A DNA stretch of 40,528 nt from a virus: the IMG/VR virus record IMGVR_UViG_3300011918_000001. One strand, written 5' to 3'. Position numbers and translations under genes: made by a program. The notes under the pieces are model-generated. The model was not told the DNA's origin. It saw nothing but the letters and a program-made list of their open reading frames with translations, and did not search any database. Positions 18,120 to 25,862 of this stretch are shown here, piece after piece (the first letter of the stretch is position 1; every line of letters begins with the position of its first letter).

Positions 18120-19880
18120 TTAAGCTGCGCCGGTGATACCAGCGAGTAGTTGGGCTATATCGGGTCTTTGACCAGCAGCAGGGGCCATACCACCTTGTTC
18201 TTGTGGAGGTTGCGCTGAGGCTGGGGCGGGGGCCGCTCCTGCTGCTGGAAGTTGTTGTTCCATACCTGGTGCCATTAGTGGCATCTCTGGGGCTGGAGGT
18301 GGTGGTTCTGGTGTAAATGCTTTTTCGATTATGCTCTCTAGCGATTGGCCCTTTTGCCGACCTTGGATAACAGATGCAATGCGGGTGATAATCTCACTAG
18401 GGTCTTGGCCTTGCGCTGCAAGGGCAGGAATGGCTTGAGCATACTGAGCAACAGCCACGCGCAAAGAATCGCGCATCTCTTCAATATCAACACGTTGTTC
18501 CTCCTGTGTAACGTTTAGGTCCATAGGAATCTCACGACGTACATAGTCACGAGAGACTAACTTGTCTGAACGCATTTGTAGTAATGCAATGATGGCACGG
18601 TTAGGATCCATACCAGACATAATTCCGTAGCGTACATCTACGCCATACTCACCCTTGATATCACGATTTGGTGTGTACTTGAGAACGTAAGGTGTTCCAT
18701 CATCTGAACCCTTGATAGTCTTTGGAATACCACCAAATACTTTCTCATCTACTTCAAAGCATACTGAAAGAAGTTCTTGGAACATACGAGCAAACTGTGC
18801 TTGTGCTGACTTGATCTGTGTATCAAAGCCTGCTTGTAGTGCTTGTACACCACGGCCTGTTACAACTGATGCGTCAATGCTACCTGAACGAGATTCTGGG
18901 TAACGAGATCCTAAGCGAAGTTCGCGCTCAAGAACTCCAGATTCTGCAAAGATACCAGGTGGTAGATCTAATGAAACGCGACGAATACCTTGTGGATTGG
19001 CAGAGCGCATAATGGAATCTGGACCAAGGGCCAACTCTTGCACATCTTGTGGGATAGCAATAGGTGCTTGGATAGATTTTTCTGCTGCTTGGATCTGTAA
19101 GATTGCAAAGCGAGCACGAGCGAGCTGAACTGATAGTACATCATCAAACTGTCCACGTGCTTCACCATCTAGGGAAGAACGCATAATGACAGATGCCATT
19201 GCCTTGCCAATAATGTTTGGTGTGCGTGATAGAACTAGGTTCTTACGCTCTGGTAAGTAGAGCAAGTCTTGGTCTTTGTCGTGGTACTTGACCATTGAGA
19301 TATAAGGAGAAGATAGAGCATATTGGTTTTTGCCTAAGATTAAATCGTAATACTCTGGGTATTGGGCTGCTAATGTCTCTGCATCTGTGACAATGACCTG
19401 AGTTACAGACATAACACGACCATAACGATCTAACTCTGGGTAGGTACCAAATGGGTTGAGCATACGGATTCTTGGGTTGTTATCCTCAAAGTCCATCTCA
19501 ACCATACCGATACCAAGACCATAGGTGTTATACCAGTCTGCTGCTGTGTACATCTGCAGTTGTAGGTCAGAGTTTGTTACATAAAAGTTTGCAATACAAG
19601 TTCTAGTATCTGCCGCCTTGCGTGCTGCATCTGAAACCATATTGGTTGCTGAGCAATTGAAGGATGGCAGTGGTGCCATCGCCTCTGCTAAGTCACGTGC
19701 TGCTACGTCAATGAAGTTTGCAACTAGAGGCTTTGGATAGTCCTCTGAAAACATCGCAGGATATACCTTAGAGATATCTCCCTGACGCACCGAGAGCACA
19801 TCACGCATACGTTGATCTCGCGCTGATGAGCGAGTACGTAAGCGTGCTAGCTTAGCGTCAACTTCTTTGACTGATAACAA
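18120..19880 (-). CDS. Portal protein
   Basis: 586 aa, positioned after TerL. The C-terminal tail is low-complexity and Pro/Ala-rich. It uses a TTG start preceded by AAGGAA. Confidence 0.75.
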   Translation of the reverse strand: MLSVKEVDAKLARLRTRSSARDQRMRDVLSVRQGDISKVYPAMFSEDYPKPLVANFIDVAARDLAEAMAPLPSFNCSATNMVSDAARKAADTRTCIANFYVTNSDLQLQMYTAADWYNTYGLGIGMVEMDFEDNNPRIRMLNPFGTYPELDRYGRVMSVTQVIVTDAETLAAQYPEYYDLILGKNQYALSSPYISMVKYHDKDQDLLYLPERKNLVLSRTPNIIGKAMASVIMRSSLDGEARGQFDDVLSVQLARARFAILQIQAAEKSIQAPIAIPQDVQELALGPDSIMRSANPQGIRRVSLDLPPGIFAESGVLERELRLGSRYPESRSGSIDASVVTGRGVQALQAGFDTQIKSAQAQFARMFQELLSVCFEVDEKVFGGIPKTIKGSDDGTPYVLKYTPNRDIKGEYGVDVRYGIMSGMDPNRAIIALLQMRSDKLVSRDYVRREIPMDLNVTQEEQRVDIEEMRDSLRVAVAQYAQAIPALAAQGQDPSEIITRIASVIQGRQKGQSLESIIEKAFTPEPPPPAPEMPLMAPGMEQQLPAAGAAPAPASAQPPQEQGGMAPAAGQRPDIAQLLAGITGAA

Positions 19881-19889
19881 TTGAGTTCC

Positions 19890-20102
19890 TTACTTAGACT
19901 TCTTGTATAATCCTGGATACTTCTTGTCAATGCCTTTCTTGGCGCCTGACTCTGCCTTCTTAACACCAGATGGTGATACGCGCTTTTGTAGCGCATCTAC
20001 TGCTTCTTTGCCTGTAAGTTGCTTAGGCATTAACTTCTTCTTTGCTGGATCTACTGGCTTACCAGTAATCTTCTTAGGTGCTGGCTTCTTCATATTTGGC
20101 AT
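19890..20102 (-). CDS. Lys-rich basic protein (70 aa)
   Basis: MPNMKKPAPKKITGKPVDPAKKKLMPKQ... The plus-strand ORF 19903..20196 is its shadow. Confidence 0.6.
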   Translation of the reverse strand: MPNMKKPAPKKITGKPVDPAKKKLMPKQLTGKEAVDALQKRVSPSGVKKAESGAKKGIDKKYPGLYKKSK

Positions 20103-20110
20103 TGTGTCTC

Positions 20111-20503
20111 CTACTTGTTTACTGAGCCGCGCATACCGCCGCCGCTTCCGAATGAACCTAAACCGCCACGCATACCAGCGCCACCACGTGGCTTAACTGG
20201 TACCTTCTTTGTAGAAGGCTTCTCTGTGCGTACGCCCTTGCGTACTTTTTCCTCACGATCAATTTGCTTAGCAATGTTTTCTGCTTTGCGATTGCGTGCT
20301 TGCGCTTCAGACTTTGTAAGTTTCTTTCCAGCAACTGCTACTGGCTTTGTATCTTTTTTAGTATTAGTCCGAGCTTCTTTAATAACATTCTGGTACTTAA
20401 GTTTACCTGTACCCTTTTTGCGAGGTTCATACATCTTGGCCTCTTGGCCTAAAAACTTTTTTAATCCAGTAGAAGGAGCCTTGTCCTTTTTCTTTTCTGC
20501 CAT
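20111..20503 (-). CDS. Lys-rich basic protein with an RGG-like C-terminus (130 aa)
   Basis: The likely start MAEKKKDK at 20503 follows AAGGAG. The C-terminus reads PRGGAGMRGGLGSFGSGGGMRGS. The ORF track extends to 20554. Confidence 0.65.
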   Translation of the reverse strand: MAEKKKDKAPSTGLKKFLGQEAKMYEPRKKGTGKLKYQNVIKEARTNTKKDTKPVAVAGKKLTKSEAQARNRKAENIAKQIDREEKVRKGVRTEKPSTKKVPVKPRGGAGMRGGLGSFGSGGGMRGSVNK

Positions 20504-20516
20504 TGTTATCTCCTTG

Positions 20517-22376
20517 TTAGATGAACGTGCGGTCTTTCTCTGCGAGCAGTTCATCTATATTGATAACTGTTCGTTTGCCTACCTCGTAGCGAGATAGAAA
20601 TGGATTCTTTAGATGGTGGGTCTTGTGCATACCTTGGTTGAGCATCTCACGTGCGCGGATCTCACAGAACCACAGAGCCATCACCATATCGGTCTTACCC
20701 TTAGTAGTAGGTGACCAGGTAATTAACTGTTCTATTAGCGCCTTAACATTTTCAGTTTGATCTGACGGAAGATGCATAAGATTGTCGCGGTGGTGCTTGC
20801 CGTCGTGTTGCTTGGTGCCAAACAAAGTTGACATTGATGCAACGCCAAAGCCTGAGTCCCATTTATTGGATCCAGTATGGTGTTCCCGCAGTAGCACTCC
20901 CCGAGAGGCCAGGTTTTGTCTGATACCTTCATCCTGCGTAAGGAATGATTGAAAAGCATTCTTCTCTACTATCCACTCACTAGGCTGATAGAGCGCGGTC
21001 CAGTCAAAGATTAGTTGGCGTATCGCAGCAGGCGTTGGCCTAGTGATTTTAATAGCATCAACGATATAGCGTTTATGGCTAGTCCTATCAATAGCATAAC
21101 AAACGACGGCCGTATCACCAACCATAGCGGGATCAAGGCCACAGATAATTGAAAAACCGCTAAGATCACGCGGATGGCCTGGGTGACCAGGAACCAAACG
21201 ACCTGCTTTACGCATTCCATCAATAGCACCTCTCACACATACTGGATCAAAGATGGCATCATCTGAGATATCTTGTTGTTGATAGACCAAAGCCCAGGTA
21301 CTTGCATCCATAGCTTGGCGTTCATTGTAAAGGTTGCGACCATTCCATCTAGGGTAGAGGCCGTCTTCGTTCTTATCAGATTCCATCTGACCATCAAAGG
21401 GAGCATCGGAGGCTGGCCAGAGAGTTTCCCATTTGTCAGGATCTTCGTGGGTTTCAAGTAATGCTGGCATAGCCAGATACTTCCACGGGACTAGTCCACC
21501 TGGGTAGCGGTCTTCGTTGCGTAGTTCGCGGTACAAGTCCATTGCGGCAACTCTGGTACCAATGACTACCAGTTTACCTGTAGGGTTCAAACGAGAGCGT
21601 ACATCCTGGGTTAACCAGCGGATCTGCTTTTCAAACTCGTTTGCGTTTTTTAATGTCACAGCATCATCTACGATAATCATATCGGCACGCTTACCATAGA
21701 TCTGACCACCGATACCGATGGCTTCGATGTTTGGATCTTTTTCGCTGGACTCGCGTAGTTCTGTACCAAAGGTCACACGGGTTGCTTGCCACGAGGCGCT
21801 CTTGGAATTAAACCCTACGCCAGCAGCGTAAGCCTGTTGGAGTGATTCATACATCGGATGAGTCAGGCGTTGCTTGATGGCGTAGAGAAAGTCGGCAGCT
21901 AACTGCTGGGTCTGGGAAACAATCAAAACTCTAAAGTTGGGGTTACGTACTACCTGCCAGGTTACATAGTCCACGGTGATCGTAATGGACTTGGCGTGGT
22001 TGGGCGGAATGTTAATGAGGATTCTATTACTAGCCAGTCCTGGCTCATACTTCATAGAAGGGTGTAGCCATCCAGGTTCGCGCCCTTCGATCATATCTAC
22101 CAGGTTTTGCTGGTGGGCAAATGTCTGGGAGTGCAGGAACTTCTGGCGGAACTCGGCAAAGGTAATGTCGTGGACATCAGATGTTGCAAAGGACTTGTCC
22201 TTAAGACCAAGGCGTGTTCGGTCAACCTTGTCTGTAAAGACCTTATCGGTGCGTCGGTAATACTCGTACGTCTTAATGGATTTACCAGCCGAGGCACAAG
22301 CCTGCTCAATGGTCATACCCTCTGCTACACAGCCAAGAATGATTCTCTTGGCGATGTCGGCACTGTTATCGGCCAC
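20517..22376 (-). CDS. terL: Terminase large subunit with an N-terminal HTH-like extension
   Basis: Carries a Walker-A-like IPPNHAKS, Walker B MIIVDDA and a nuclease region GLDPAMVGDTAVVCYAID. The GTG start gives 619 aa, with the first ~70 aa reading ILGCVAEGMTIEQACASAGKSIKTYEYY. Confidence 0.9.
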   Translation of the reverse strand: MADNSADIAKRIILGCVAEGMTIEQACASAGKSIKTYEYYRRTDKVFTDKVDRTRLGLKDKSFATSDVHDITFAEFRQKFLHSQTFAHQQNLVDMIEGREPGWLHPSMKYEPGLASNRILINIPPNHAKSITITVDYVTWQVVRNPNFRVLIVSQTQQLAADFLYAIKQRLTHPMYESLQQAYAAGVGFNSKSASWQATRVTFGTELRESSEKDPNIEAIGIGGQIYGKRADMIIVDDAVTLKNANEFEKQIRWLTQDVRSRLNPTGKLVVIGTRVAAMDLYRELRNEDRYPGGLVPWKYLAMPALLETHEDPDKWETLWPASDAPFDGQMESDKNEDGLYPRWNGRNLYNERQAMDASTWALVYQQQDISDDAIFDPVCVRGAIDGMRKAGRLVPGHPGHPRDLSGFSIICGLDPAMVGDTAVVCYAIDRTSHKRYIVDAIKITRPTPAAIRQLIFDWTALYQPSEWIVEKNAFQSFLTQDEGIRQNLASRGVLLREHHTGSNKWDSGFGVASMSTLFGTKQHDGKHHRDNLMHLPSDQTENVKALIEQLITWSPTTKGKTDMVMALWFCEIRAREMLNQGMHKTHHLKNPFLSRYEVGKRTVINIDELLAEKDRTFI

Positions 22377-22533
22377 TGGTTTCTCGTCTCATCTCTTCTA
22401 CTAGAATTGCCGCCGCGATTTGGCGGCGCATTTCTAAGCGACGGGACTCTCGCTCTGCCTTGTACTGCTTCCAGTATTTCCTACTAGAAGTGTTCATCAG
22501 ATATAACTCTTCTTCGGTATAGTTACGTATCAT
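22366..22533 (-). CDS. Possible 55-aa basic helical ORF upstream of terL
   Basis: Hand-translated as MIRNYTEEELYLMNTSSRKYWKQYKAERESRRLEMRRQIAAAILVEEMRRETSGR. There is no clear SD. Overlaps the terL start by 11 nt. Confidence 0.3.
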   Translation of the reverse strand: MIRNYTEEELYLMNTSSRKYWKQYKAERESRRLEMRRQIAAAILVEEMRRETSGR

Positions 22534-23184
22534 CGGCGTGGATGCTCATTTCTTTTATACGCGAGGCGTAAAAGCCTCGGGCCGGAATCAGAGATTCCTT
22601 TACTAGGTTGAGTATGATCTTCCTATTAGAGATAGAGCTATCCCCACTAAAAGTACTGGGCAGGTCGGGCTTAACGCCCGAAGGAGCCACAGCGAACTGA
22701 GGGGTAAGTCAGTACTCGGCCTAGGGGCCTCGCTAGAGGCCAACCAAGGGTCGTAAAACATACTCTCCCCGTTTTACTCCCCTACTATATATAAGGCAGG
22801 AAATGGGCTTGGATTCTCGTTTTTCAAATGTGAACTACATCACACTACTATAACCGCAGGTCAGAGGCGTATTCAGCTTTGACTTTAGCAAATATTTTTT
22901 GTTGGGGAGTATACAGACACCGCCCGCCTAATTCAACAACCCCGGGTGCTTGTTCCCTGTCTAACTGTGCGGTAGAGGTCAAGGGTTGGACAGTTGCGGG
23001 CTGTATGTCTAACTGTATTGGAAAGAAGATAGGGGCAGACTAACCCGCCGGCTACCCCTAACCCTTAACCCTTTACCTAATTAAGTAATGAGATCCGCTA
23101 GCTGATAGCCTTAGCCGGTGACCTATCGCCTAGCCTTGCCGGTGATCTGCCTACCTAATCAGCTAAGCCATATCCGCTAACCCT

Positions 23185-23213
23185 TAGACATATCCGCGCC
23201 ATATGTCTACCTT
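23185..23213 (+). promoter_or_regulatory. Candidate sigma-70-type promoter
   Basis: TAGACA, 17-nt spacer, TACCTT. It overlaps the inverted repeat agacatat-N7-atatgtct. Confidence 0.25.
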
Positions 23214-23262
23214 GTTACCCTAATAATCGTTACCTAATTGTGACCTAACTAAGTCGCTAGAT

Positions 23263-23292
23263 TAGACATAACGGTATAGTCACGTGTATGTT
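23263..23292 (+). promoter_or_regulatory. Candidate early promoter
   Basis: TAGACA, 18-nt spacer, TATGTT, about 43 nt upstream of the first early ATG. Confidence 0.35.
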
Positions 23293-23334
23293 TATCCTAG
23301 TGAATAGCTCACTACGTAGCGAAAGGGTTAAGTA

Positions 23335-23640
23335 ATGAATACTTATAAGTATATTTATGAGGATCTTAAGCAGACTATTACTAACGGTGAAGATATGGAA
23401 AGTATCCGCGACAATAGTGGAGAATGGATCGATGGCTATCTTCCGATTTACAATAATAATATTATTGAAGAATGGAAAGATATGCCTAGCGAATACGATA
23501 ATCGCGGTAGTGCAGAATTAGGAATTCCTGGCGATATATCGATCATAGCTTTAATGCAATTAGATTTATATCTTTACTATTCCGACGTATTCTTTCAAGT
23601 ACTTACCGATATCGCGGAAGAATTGGAGAGTGTTGCATAA
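23335..23640 (+). CDS. Acidic early protein (101 aa)
   Basis: First early ORF, rich in Asp/Glu, preceded by AAAGGG. Confidence 0.7.
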   Translation: MNTYKYIYEDLKQTITNGEDMESIRDNSGEWIDGYLPIYNNNIIEEWKDMPSEYDNRGSAELGIPGDISIIALMQLDLYLYYSDVFFQVLTDIAEELESVA

Positions 23641-23831
23641 TGATTACACACGACAAGCCTATGAGCTCAACACACTTAATCCTATGCTTATCCGGTGATA
23701 TGGAGATAGATCCTGGCCTAATTGTGGAGACTATTAAGGAAGATCCGGATCTAATGCGGGTAGTACGCTCATATGGCGCGGGAGACTTTACCTACGCGCA
23801 AGTATTGGACACGCTAGCAGACTACTTTTAA
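23640..23831 (+). CDS. Small acidic early protein (63 aa)
   Basis: TAATG coupling to the previous ORF. Confidence 0.6.
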   Translation: MITHDKPMSSTHLILCLSGDMEIDPGLIVETIKEDPDLMRVVRSYGAGDFTYAQVLDTLADYF

Positions 23832-23913
23832 TCTAGTTGCGAGACTATCGGCTAGGGCCTTAGATCCCTAGCCGGTGGCCGGTAACTAGGCCGGAAAGTG
23901 AAAGGGTTAAATA

Positions 23914-24516
23914 ATGGATAAGGTTATGCAAGACACTAAGCTAGACACGCTCACAATAAGCGCGGGAGATCTAGCAGACTTACTATCTGGCGCAAGTGTA
24001 GCTATGGATAAGGGTAAGGATAGTATCTCGCGCTTAGGTAGCGTGTACCTATCGGCTACCGGTGGCAAGGTAATCGCTAAGGCTAGCGATAGATATCGCC
24101 TAATCGTAGGAGAGATTACACTAGCGGGAGAGAGTGAGCTAGGAGAATGCCAGATCCGCGCTAATGACGTAAAGAATATCCTGGCCACCATAAAGGCTAA
24201 CAAGGTAGCGGGAGAGATTACCCTTACACGTGTAGGCGATAGCCTAAGCGTAGCTATCGGCGGCACTAGCCTAAGCGTGTATCTTGGTGGAGAGACTTTC
24301 CCACCTTATGAGCACCTATTAGCGGGAGAGAGTGAACCGGTAGCCGGTATATCCTTTAACGCTACCTATATGGCAGACTTTGGCAAGGTACCTTGTTCGC
24401 ATAAGGGTGGCCAGCTAGTGGTGGAGTTTATGGGAGATAACAAGCCTATTAAGGTAACTATTCCGCACAATAAGATTACCTGGAATGCGTTGCTTATGCC
24501 TATGCGTGTAAGGTAA
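23914..24516 (+). CDS. Truncated DNA polymerase III beta-clamp (DnaN)-like protein
   Basis: ASDRYRLIV matches ATDGHRLAV, GETFPPYEHLL matches GRFPDYRRVL, ISFNATYM matches IGFNVSYV, and the C-terminal ALLMPMRVR matches YVVMPMRL. It is only 200 aa, against about 370 aa for DnaN. Confidence 0.7.
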   Translation: MDKVMQDTKLDTLTISAGDLADLLSGASVAMDKGKDSISRLGSVYLSATGGKVIAKASDRYRLIVGEITLAGESELGECQIRANDVKNILATIKANKVAGEITLTRVGDSLSVAIGGTSLSVYLGGETFPPYEHLLAGESEPVAGISFNATYMADFGKVPCSHKGGQLVVEFMGDNKPIKVTIPHNKITWNALLMPMRVR

Positions 24517-24609
24517 TTAGTTGCGTACTATCTTATTCTATCCTAATACGGTAGAGTAAGGTAGTCTGCGCCTAATGGTTAGGGCAGAATATGGGAGAGG
24601 AAGATAGCG

Positions 24610-24909
24610 ATGAAGACTAATGAGTTATTGGGAAGCAATACGTATACGCAAGCTATAGCGTGGGAGCAAGCGGGAGAGAGTGTACGCCTAGGGCAGAAAA
24701 TCCGCGTAACCTTTCAAGGGTTAGATACTAAGTCCGGCTATGCCTATCGCGAGGAAGGATCTTGGTTAGGTATTCGCTACACGTGGAAGTCTATGCGTTG
24801 GTGGAGTTTACTTAATTACAATAACCCACTAGTTAAATTGGAAGCGCAGGAACTAACCGGTGAGGGTAAGCCTTATTGGATAACACTATGGGAGAGAGAG
24901 GTAGCGTAA
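24610..24909 (+). CDS. Hypothetical early protein
   Basis: ORF track. GGGAGAGGAAG SD upstream. Confidence 0.65.
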   Translation: MKTNELLGSNTYTQAIAWEQAGESVRLGQKIRVTFQGLDTKSGYAYREEGSWLGIRYTWKSMRWWSLLNYNNPLVKLEAQELTGEGKPYWITLWEREVA

Positions 24910-25064
24910 TGCAATACATAACACCGCGAGGTTGGCTAGTAACTGGGATCTTAATTGGGTTATCTATTTGGGGACTATGGGAGGTGGCGAGCCACTTACT
25001 ATGGACGGGCAACGGCTGGGAATGGTGCGAGGATCTATTAACGTGCGAGGGAGAGGGTAAGTAA
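24909..25064 (+). CDS. Small membrane protein (51 aa)
   Basis: TAATG-coupled start gives MQYITPRGWLVTGILIGLSIWGLWEVA, with one TM segment. Confidence 0.55.
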   Translation: MQYITPRGWLVTGILIGLSIWGLWEVASHLLWTGNGWEWCEDLLTCEGEGK

Positions 25065-25217
25065 ATGGAGACTATTAACCAATTAGTAAACGAGATTTAT
25101 GAGGATAATTATTCTCATCTCGAATTTGATGACAATATGGGAGGGGACTGTGACTGTCATATTCATACTACCCTTAAAACTATCGTTAAATATTGGCACG
25201 AGGAAGAGAGCAAGTAA
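25065..25217 (+). CDS. Small acidic protein with a CDCHIH motif (50 aa)
   Basis: Hand-translated as METINQLVNEIYEDNYSHLEFDDNMGGDCDCHIHTTLKTIVKYWHEEESK. GGGAGAGGG SD upstream. Confidence 0.5.
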   Translation: METINQLVNEIYEDNYSHLEFDDNMGGDCDCHIHTTLKTIVKYWHEEESK

Positions 25218-25492
25218 TGAGCTACGACTACCGCGTTACTTTCGTAACCGATTACCTAACAATTACTACTAACGTATGCCTAGAGTTAGACGATACGATA
25301 GGTAACTTAAGTGATGAAGCCTATGAACAGGCCACTATCAATGGTATGAATAACATAGAGGACGAGCTCGGAAAGATAGACGAGACGATCATCAACGACA
25401 TAACCGTTACCCTATTACTAGATGAGGAAGAGATAGAGCTAGGAAGTTTTGGTGAGTTTCCACCGGTACACGTGGAGGTGTCTAATGGATAA
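25217..25492 (+). CDS. Very acidic early protein (91 aa)
   Basis: The TAATG-coupled start gives MSYDYRVTF. The ORF track extends to 25193. Confidence 0.65.
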   Translation: MSYDYRVTFVTDYLTITTNVCLELDDTIGNLSDEAYEQATINGMNNIEDELGKIDETIINDITVTLLLDEEEIELGSFGEFPPVHVEVSNG

Positions 25493-25625
25493 GTGTAAAT
25501 TCTGCGGGTTACGCGGGTTGGTGCTATCTACTATCAATGCAGACTATTCTTGCGAGCATTGTGGAGAGTGGCAAGAGGCTAAGTTAAATAGTGCGTGGGA
25601 GGTAGTGGGCTATGAGCTACGGTAA
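25485..25625 (+). CDS. Zinc-ribbon micro-protein 1 (46 aa)
   Basis: MDKCKFCGLRG...YSCEHCGEWQ, with CxxC...CxxC. Confidence 0.5.
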   Translation: MDKCKFCGLRGLVLSTINADYSCEHCGEWQEAKLNSAWEVVGYELR

Positions 25626-25731
25626 GTGTTGGGTATGTGGTTGCCTAATGAGTGGAGATAGCCAGACAGTAGAGGGTAAGGTTACCTGCGATAGATGTGG
25701 GTGGAACTCCGGGAAAGATGGGAGCTACTAA
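25612..25731 (+). CDS. Zinc-ribbon micro-protein 2 (39 aa)
   Basis: MSYGKCWVCGC...VTCDRCGWNSG. GGGAGG SD upstream. Confidence 0.5.
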   Translation: MSYGKCWVCGCLMSGDSQTVEGKVTCDRCGWNSGKDGSY

Positions 25732-25862
25732 TGAAGATGGATACGTGGGACGAGATGAGATGTCCGGAGTGTGATATGTGGTTTTACCCGGAGAAGAATA
25801 TGCGTAAGTGGTGCGAGAAGTGCAACGACAAGGAACTACTAGAGGGAGAGGGTAATGAGTAA
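25731..25862 (+). CDS. Zinc-ribbon micro-protein 3 (43 aa)
   Basis: MKMDTWDEMRCPECDMWF...KWCEKCNDKE. TAATG coupling. Confidence 0.5.
   Translation: MKMDTWDEMRCPECDMWFYPEKNMRKWCEKCNDKELLEGEGNE

Larger units (their letters stand above)
22534..23334. promoter_or_regulatory. Large divergent intergenic control region (candidate early/late promoters, ori and/or packaging site)
   Basis: Only ~800-bp stretch with no convincing gene in any frame (no ORF >=60 aa beyond terL-shadow ORFs at its left edge). It contains four GC-rich hairpins, the palindrome ggaatcagagattcc and several iterated motifs. Confidence 0.6.

Noticed and set aside
20115-20597. Plus-strand ORFs opposite the Lys-rich genes (20115..20597, 20264..20452, 19903..20196).
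   Set aside because: They are complements of AAG/AAA-rich coding sequence, which gives Phe/Leu-rich open frames. They are shadows.
22107-22487. 126-aa plus-strand ORF, with other ORFs inside terL (20735..20959, 21011..21229, 21233..21457, 21273..21461, 21517..21699, 21976..22260, 22097..22309).
   Set aside because: All lie within the terminase gene, which has clear Walker and nuclease motifs. None has a motif or an SD.
22534-23334. The idea that the big intergenic region, or the TAG-rich early region, is coding under stop-codon reassignment (TAG recoding).
   Set aside because: TAA and TGA stops also interrupt all six frames there. The neighbouring early genes terminate normally at TAA, TGA or TAG, with coupled restarts.
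23907-24266. 119-aa minus-strand ORF opposite the clamp-like gene.
   Set aside because: The plus-strand frame carries the DnaN motifs. The antisense product is Ser/Leu/Arg-rich shadow sequence.
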